From an uncultured Gammaproteobacteria bacterium (GTDB taxonomy: Bacteria; Pseudomonadota; Gammaproteobacteria; GCA-001735895), in the NCBI GenBank assembly GCA_964480635.1, contig CAYZQE010000001.1, forward strand, positions 8,812 through 72,811: 64,000 nucleotides of DNA, in the 5' to 3' direction. Of the stretch, positions 58,623-64,000 are shown in pieces (position 1 is the first letter of the stretch; every line of letters starts with the position of its first letter). The translations under genes were made by a program, and so were the position numbers. The notes beneath the pieces are model-generated. The model did not search any database. It had not been told where the DNA came from and was given only the letters and a program-made list of their open reading frames with translations.

Positions 58623-59810
58623 ATGTCTGATCTAGAAAGCGGACTAAAACCGTCTAAACCCCCCATTTGGAATGACCCAAAATATAGAGCTCTATTCTTT
58701 CAAATACTCTTAGTCGTGGGTTTAGGCTACTTTTTAATTTCCATCGTCAGTAACACTTTAAATAATATGGAAGCCCGTGGTATTTCTACTGGTTTTGCAT
58801 TTCTGTCTGAAGTTGCTGGTTTTGGTATTTTACAATCACTGATAGAGTTCAACGAAACATCTACCTATGGCCGAACCTTCTTAGTCGGCTTATTAAATAC
58901 CCTTTTAATCGCTGGTTTAGGTATCTTTTTTGCGACTATTATTGGTTTTGTTATGGGTATCGCCCGATTATCTCAAAACTGGCTAATTTCTAAAGTTGCA
59001 ACTGTCTATATAGAAATCTTTAGAAACATACCGTTATTACTACAGATTTTCTTTTGGTATTTTGCTGTATTAGGTGCTTTACCAACCGTTAGAGATAGTA
59101 TTTCATTAGGCGCAGGCATCGAATTTAACAACCGTGGCTTGTATATGCCTGGGCCTGTCCCCGAAGATGGTTTTGCCTTAGTTTTATGGCTCTTTATCAT
59201 CGGCATTATTGCGACAGTATTTTTAAGTAAATGGGCCTCTAAGCGCCAAGAAAAAACGGGGCAGCAATTTCCAGTTTTCTTAACCAGTTTAGGCCTTATT
59301 TTCGTCATACCTTTTATCGTTTTTTTAAGCATAGGCGCTCCACTCAGTTGGGACTATCCTGAATTAGGTCGTTTTAATATTGAAGGTGGCATATCCATTA
59401 TCCCTGAGCTATTAGCCTTATTAATCGCATTAACTATTTACACAGGTACTTACATTGCTGAAACTGTGCGCGGTGGCATTAATGCTGTTAATCATGGTCA
59501 AACAGAAGCGGCTTTATCCCTAGGTATGACGCAGGGACAAACCATGCGTTTAATTATTATCCCCCAAGCTATGCGCGTTATTATTCCACCATTAACCAGC
59601 CAGTACTTAAACTTAGCAAAAAATTCTTCACTTGCAACCGCTATTGGTTATCCCGATATCGTCGCAGTGTTCATGGGTACTACACTAAATCAGACCGGTC
59701 AAGCCGTGGAAATAACAATAATGACCATGGCCGTTTATTTAACCATTAGCTTAAGCATTTCAATGTTTATGAATTGGTTTAATGCCCGCGTCGCTTTGGT
59801 AGAGAGATAG
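58623..59810 (+). CDS. amino-acid ABC transporter permease (AapQ/BztB/YhdX family)
   Basis: It is a polytopic membrane protein with an EAA-like loop, and a GGAG RBS precedes the second ATG. Confidence 0.7.
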   Translation: MSDLESGLKPSKPPIWNDPKYRALFFQILLVVGLGYFLISIVSNTLNNMEARGISTGFAFLSEVAGFGILQSLIEFNETSTYGRTFLVGLLNTLLIAGLGIFFATIIGFVMGIARLSQNWLISKVATVYIEIFRNIPLLLQIFFWYFAVLGALPTVRDSISLGAGIEFNNRGLYMPGPVPEDGFALVLWLFIIGIIATVFLSKWASKRQEKTGQQFPVFLTSLGLIFVIPFIVFLSIGAPLSWDYPELGRFNIEGGISIIPELLALLIALTIYTGTYIAETVRGGINAVNHGQTEAALSLGMTQGQTMRLIIIPQAMRVIIPPLTSQYLNLAKNSSLATAIGYPDIVAVFMGTTLNQTGQAVEITIMTMAVYLTISLSISMFMNWFNARVALVER

Positions 59811-59820
59811 GAATACAATA

Positions 59821-60936
59821 ATGACAACGACTACAGAAACTTACGAGCCTGGCTCACACCCGGATTTACCAGCCCCAACTAATACCACTGGATTCATTGC
59901 ATGGTTACGCAAAAACTTATTTGCTACTTATGTTGATACCATCTTTACGCTGTTTATATCGTACTTAATTTATTTATACATGCCCCCTTTAATTGAATGG
60001 CTATTTGTTGATGCCGTTTGGACTGGCGCTACAAGAGATGTTTGTGATGTTGAAGGTGCTGGCGCTTGTTGGGCATTTGTCGATAATCGCATGAACCAGT
60101 TTATGTATGGCTTTTATCCTGAAGAACTATTATGGCGCCCCGATTCGGCAGGCCTTTTATTTATCGCTTTAATGATCCCATTATTCATTAAGTCTTTTAA
60201 ATATAAGTTTTATTTAGGTGCGTTTATCTTAATTATTTACCCCATCATTGCTTACATTTTAATTCATGGTGGTTCGTTTGGCTTAGAAATCGTAGAGACT
60301 AATAAATGGGGTGGCTTAATGCTGACACTCATTTTGTCAGCTGTTGGTATTGTCGCTGCATTGCCATTGGGCATTATGTTTGCACTAGGTAGACGCTCTG
60401 AAATGCCTATTGTTAAATCAGTGTCTGTTATTTATATTGAATTTTGGCGCGGTGTCCCATTAATTACCGTACTGTTCATGTCATCGGTTATGTTACCTTT
60501 ATTTTTTGCCGAAGGAACAAGCTTTGATAAGCTATTACGCGCCATGATCGGCCTTATTTTATTTCAAACTGCTTATATGGCCGAAGTTATTCGAGGTGGT
60601 TTACAGGCCATACCAAAAGGTCAATATGAAGCGGCTCAAGCACTGGGCTTAAGCTACTGGAAAACCATGCTCCTCATTATTTTACCGCAGGCACTAAAAT
60701 TAGTGATTCCTGGCATAGTCAATACCTTTATCTCACTCTTTAAAGATACAACATTGGTATTAATTATCGGTTTATTTGATTTACTCGCTATTATTCAGCA
60801 AGCTAATTCGGATACATCATGGCTAGGCTTTGATACAGAAGGTTATGTGTTTGCTGCCTTTGTCTTTTGGATTTTTTGCTTTGGAATGTCTCGTTATTCC
60901 ATTTCTTTAGAAGAAAAATTACATACGGGTCATTAA
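59821..60936 (+). CDS. amino-acid ABC transporter permease (AapM/BztC/YhdY family)
   Basis: It is a polytopic membrane protein and the second permease of the operon. Confidence 0.7.
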   Translation: MTTTTETYEPGSHPDLPAPTNTTGFIAWLRKNLFATYVDTIFTLFISYLIYLYMPPLIEWLFVDAVWTGATRDVCDVEGAGACWAFVDNRMNQFMYGFYPEELLWRPDSAGLLFIALMIPLFIKSFKYKFYLGAFILIIYPIIAYILIHGGSFGLEIVETNKWGGLMLTLILSAVGIVAALPLGIMFALGRRSEMPIVKSVSVIYIEFWRGVPLITVLFMSSVMLPLFFAEGTSFDKLLRAMIGLILFQTAYMAEVIRGGLQAIPKGQYEAAQALGLSYWKTMLLIILPQALKLVIPGIVNTFISLFKDTTLVLIIGLFDLLAIIQQANSDTSWLGFDTEGYVFAAFVFWIFCFGMSRYSISLEEKLHTGH

Positions 60937-60998
60937 GAAGACACTGAACGCTAATCTCATGCTTATTTTTATAAGAATAATAAATACAGGAAATCACT

Positions 60999-61748
60999 AT
61001 GTCAGATAACAATGAAAACGTTATAGAAATGAACGGCGTCCATAAATGGTATGGCAACTTTCACGTCCTAAAAGACATTAACCTTAAAGTAAAAAAAGGT
61101 GAGCGGATTGTTGTTTGTGGCCCTTCTGGATCTGGCAAATCAACTCTTATTCGTTGTATCAACCACCTTGAAGAGCATCAAAAAGGACAGATTATCGTTG
61201 ATGGCATCGAGATTAATCAAGATTTAAAAAAGATTGAGCAAGTCAGAAAAGAAGCGGGCATGGTGTTTCAACACTTTAACTTGTTCCCTCATTTAACCAT
61301 TTTAGAAAATCTTGTCTTAGCCCCTATTTGGGTTAGAAAAATGCCTCGTAAAGAAGCAGAAGAATTAGCTATGCGCTATTTAGAGCGTGTTAAAATTCCT
61401 GAGCAAGCACACAAATTTCCTGGGCAAATGTCGGGTGGACAACAGCAACGTGTGGCTATTGCGCGAAGCTTATGCATGAACCCAAAGGTTATGCTATTTG
61501 ATGAGCCTACATCAGCACTTGATCCTGAAATGATATCTGAAGTACTGGATGTAATGGTAGGCTTAGCTGAAGAAGGCATGACCATGATTTGTGTAACCCA
61601 CGAAATGGGTTTTGCTAAACGTGTTGCTGATAGTGTTATTTTTATGGATCAGGGTGAAATTATTGAATGTAACAACCCCAATGATTTCTTTAATAATCCA
61701 CAAAATGAACGTACTCAGTTATTTTTGAGTCAAATCATCCAGCATTAA
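60999..61748 (+). CDS. amino-acid ABC transporter ATP-binding protein (AapP/YhdZ family)
   Basis: It has Walker A (GPSGSGKST), a Q-loop, the signature ([13 protein letters not shown]), Walker B ([10 protein letters not shown]) and an H-loop. Confidence 0.85.
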   Translation: MSDNNENVIEMNGVHKWYGNFHVLKDINLKVKKGERIVVCGPSGSGKSTLIRCINHLEEHQKGQIIVDGIEINQDLKKIEQVRKEAGMVFQHFNLFPHLTILENLVLAPIWVRKMPRKEAEELAMRYLERVKIPEQAHKFPGQMSGGQQQRVAIARSLCMNPKVMLFDEPTSALDPEMISEVLDVMVGLAEEGMTMICVTHEMGFAKRVADSVIFMDQGEIIECNNPNDFFNNPQNERTQLFLSQIIQH

Positions 61749-61761
61749 ATTGATTAAAAGA

Positions 61762-61855
61762 TACCGGAGTCAAACACGCACCATTTTAACGTCACTCCTT
61801 TTATAACTAATACGACTAAACTGTTGTTAGTTATAGTGTTCGATTGACTCCGGTA
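61762..61855. repeat. 12-bp perfect inverted repeat (taccggagtcaa ... ttgactccggta) separated by about 70 nt with a nested inner inverted repeat (ataactaa / ttagttat), in the convergent intergenic region
   Basis: It is read directly from the sequence. It lies between the converging ABC ATPase gene and the MocR gene. Confidence 0.5.
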
Positions 61856-61931
61856 GCGTTAATACATTTAGTTCTAAACAATATCTCCTTCGGGTTTTTG
61901 CATACTTTGTCAAAACTCTTAGGGGATATTG

Positions 61932-63374
61932 TTACTTCAAAGCATTAACAATAGCGGCTAAATCTTCAATTGCTTGCTCATTTTTTTCTGTCCAAGGAAA
62001 GCCACAATTAATTCGAATATAGTTTTTATACTTCCGAGTTGCTGAAAACAAAATTCCCGGCGTAATGCCAATATTTATTTTCATTGCTTCATCAAAAACA
62101 TCAATACAATTAATACCTCTTGGCATTTCTACCCACAACACAAAACCACCTTGTGGATTACTAATACGCGTCCCTTCGGGAAAGGACTTTGCAATCATAA
62201 AACGTCCTTTTTCAACTTGCTCTCTAAACGCTTTGCGTAAACGAACCAAATGACGTTCGTACTCACCCGATGCTAAAAACTCTGCCATAGCCATCTGCAA
62301 TAAGGATGCAGTCGCAGAAAAGGTAGCTTGCTTCCATTCCAGCAATTTATCAAAATATTGCCCCGGCAATACCCAACCCACTCGATAACCTGGCGCTAAG
62401 GTTTTAGAAAATGATGAACAACTTAATACTAAACCTTTTTTATCATAGTTTTTTGCAATGGTTGGTCGACTCCCTGAAAAATACACATCACCGTACACAT
62501 CATCCTCAATTAATGGCACATCATAAGATGACAACAATTCGACCATTTCTTTTTTCTTAGCATCTGGCATTAACGAGCCTGTTGGATTATTAAAATTAGT
62601 CACCGTTAACACGGCCCTAATATCCATAGTCTCTAAGGCATCGGCTAATGACTCTAAAACAATACCTGTTTCTGGGTCTGTTTCAATTTCTAATGCCATC
62701 ATGCCCATACGTTCAATCATACGCAGCACCGCAAAATAAGTGGGAGTTTCAATGGCTATAATATCACCCCGCTTTGCGACCACTTGAAGGCTTAACGATA
62801 AGGCCTCTGTCGCACCACTGGTCGTAATCACTTCATCAGGGCTTACTGAAATGCCAATATTTTGATATTGCATGGCAATTTGCTCACGTAGACGTTTATG
62901 TCCGGGTGGAAAACAATAATCTAATGCTGCTTTTGGAAACCGTGCTGCAACACGATTAGTTGCTCTAATTAACCCTTTAAACGGCATTAAATCGATAGAA
63001 GGTTTAGCCGCTCCAAAGGGAATAACACTAGGGTCATTAGCCATTTCGAATACTTCTTCAAATATTTTCCCAAACTTAACCTTACGCGGTGCGGATGAAT
63101 GAGGTTTGCATTTAGGAATTTTGATCGAGGTATCAAGCGTGGCACTGACATAAAAACCAGACTGCGGTTTCGCCTTTAACACGCCCTGCGTTTCTAAACT
63201 TAAATACGCTTGATTAACCGTCGTAATGCTGACTTTCAGTTGCTTACTTAATTTTCTTAATGAAGGGGCTTTATCACCTGGTTTTAAAGTACCTTTCTCA
63301 ATCAAATCTCCAATATATTTTGATACCTGATCGTAAAGAAAGCTTTCAGAATTTGTATTTAAAGAAACTGACAT
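61932..63374 (-). CDS. MocR/GabR-type transcriptional regulator (GntR HTH + aminotransferase class I/II domain)
   Basis: It has an N-terminal GntR-type wHTH (LPSLRKLSKQLKVSITTVNQAYLSLETQG) and a C-terminal PLP-aminotransferase-like domain. It is 480 aa. Confidence 0.8.
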   Translation of the reverse strand: MSVSLNTNSESFLYDQVSKYIGDLIEKGTLKPGDKAPSLRKLSKQLKVSITTVNQAYLSLETQGVLKAKPQSGFYVSATLDTSIKIPKCKPHSSAPRKVKFGKIFEEVFEMANDPSVIPFGAAKPSIDLMPFKGLIRATNRVAARFPKAALDYCFPPGHKRLREQIAMQYQNIGISVSPDEVITTSGATEALSLSLQVVAKRGDIIAIETPTYFAVLRMIERMGMMALEIETDPETGIVLESLADALETMDIRAVLTVTNFNNPTGSLMPDAKKKEMVELLSSYDVPLIEDDVYGDVYFSGSRPTIAKNYDKKGLVLSCSSFSKTLAPGYRVGWVLPGQYFDKLLEWKQATFSATASLLQMAMAEFLASGEYERHLVRLRKAFREQVEKGRFMIAKSFPEGTRISNPQGGFVLWVEMPRGINCIDVFDEAMKINIGITPGILFSATRKYKNYIRINCGFPWTEKNEQAIEDLAAIVNALK

Positions 63375-63632
63375 GACGCACCCTTAATTGTGTATGTAAC
63401 ATTTAAAGTTTTTAGCAACTGTCACTCTATCAGTTATAGAGTGATTAACCTATTTTATGCACAGTCCCGAATCCTCAGATAGAAATGTGAAAAGAGTGTA
63501 ATCGCTTGATGTGCATAGTGAAACGAAAAACTTCGAGGTCACCTTATTGGTGATAAGAAGATTTTTGGTTTTGCTAGGTGCATTAAGAGGTTGCGATATT
63601 TTTATGTTCTATATCTGAGGATTTGGGACAAT

Positions 63633-64000
63633 CTATTTATAGACTTTTTTATCTACGCCGTGCTTTTGCATTTTGTCGTACAGTGTTTTGCGAGGAATAT
63701 CTAGAATATCCATCGTGGTTTTTAATACCCCGCCAGACTTTACCAAAGCTTCTTCAATCATAGCCTTTTCAAAAGCATCGGTATGTTCAGCAAGACTCAT
63801 GGGCGCGCATGGCTTTAGCCCTTTACCGTCTATTTTCAAACCGCAATCATCGCCTAATAGCACATGCCTTTCTGCTACATTTCTAAGCTCTCGTACATTG
63901 CCTGGCCAGTTAAAACTCATTAACATTTGGTTTGCATTATCTGGAATAACGGGCGCTTCTTTGCCATAACGCGAAGCCGCTATTAACAAAAAGTGTTGAA
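63633..64000 (-). CDS. C-terminal part of a sigma-54-dependent enhancer-binding protein (AAA+ end + Fis-type HTH); the gene continues beyond the window
   Basis: It has the 'NWPGNVRELRNVAERHVLL' GAFTGA-region signature of NtrC-family activators plus a C-terminal HTH. Confidence 0.6.
   Translation of the reverse strand, partial: QHFLLIAASRYGKEAPVIPDNANQMLMSFNWPGNVRELRNVAERHVLLGDDCGLKIDGKGLKPCAPMSLAEHTDAFEKAMIEEALVKSGGVLKTTMDILDIPRKTLYDKMQKHGVDKKVYK

Noticed and set aside
1-64000. I searched the whole window for tRNA or rRNA genes and for transposase or integrase genes.
   Set aside because: I saw no T-arm/GTTCGAATC-like motif or cloverleaf-sized conserved block in any intergenic region. I saw no ORF with DDE, tyrosine-recombinase or serine-recombinase signatures. 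The window appears to be core chromosome.

Overview
This window is a low-GC (roughly 38-40%) gammaproteobacterial chromosomal segment. Its polar-flagellum gene order resembles Vibrio, Shewanella and Colwellia, so an Alteromonadales-like marine organism is a reasonable guess from synteny, and nothing here is a database hit. Left to right the contents are as follows. (1) The 3' end of a cbb3 oxidase operon, ccoN(partial)-ccoO-ccoQ-ccoP, then ccoG-ccoH and a TauE/SafE-like membrane protein, with no ccoI or ccoS here. (2) A MauG/CCP-type di-heme peroxidase paired with a minimal cupredoxin. (3) Housekeeping genes dusA, relA, ybbP, ybbA, tesA and a HAD hydrolase. (4) A large chemosensory cluster on the minus strand, with gene content like an F7 or Pseudomonas Che2-type system. 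It contains cheA, cheW, three large MCPs, cheW, a repeat-containing STAS protein, an acidic hypothetical, cheR, cheD and cheB. Two of the MCPs end in xWxEF pentapeptides, and one MCP is an Aer-type PAS receptor that carries a C-terminal CZB zinc-binding domain. (5) An ispG on the opposite strand, splitting that cluster from (6) a compact module encoding a GGDEF protein, a CheY-like receiver, a ParA-like ATPase, a two-TM MCP-like protein, a STAS protein and a PilZ protein. (7) A FliK-like plus FlhB-C-like gene pair. (8) The flagellar chemotaxis and export region on the minus strand. It has cheW, parP, parC, then a structured non-coding element where cheB normally sits, cheA (whose P2 region is replaced by three FliM-N-terminus-like peptide repeats), cheZ, cheY, fliA, flhG, flhF, flhA, flhB and fliRQPONML. 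(9) ppnP, avtA, an AapJQMP/YhdWXYZ-type amino-acid ABC transporter, a MocR-type regulator and the C-terminus of a sigma-54 enhancer-binding protein. I recognise no rRNA, tRNA, CRISPR array, transposase or integrase. The candidates I consider most likely to be undescribed are the STAS protein with polybasic and FG-like repeats inside the chemosensory cluster, the CheA-less GGDEF/REC/ParA/MCP-like/STAS/PilZ module, and the CheA carrying multivalent FliM-like CheY-docking repeats next to a structured intergenic element.
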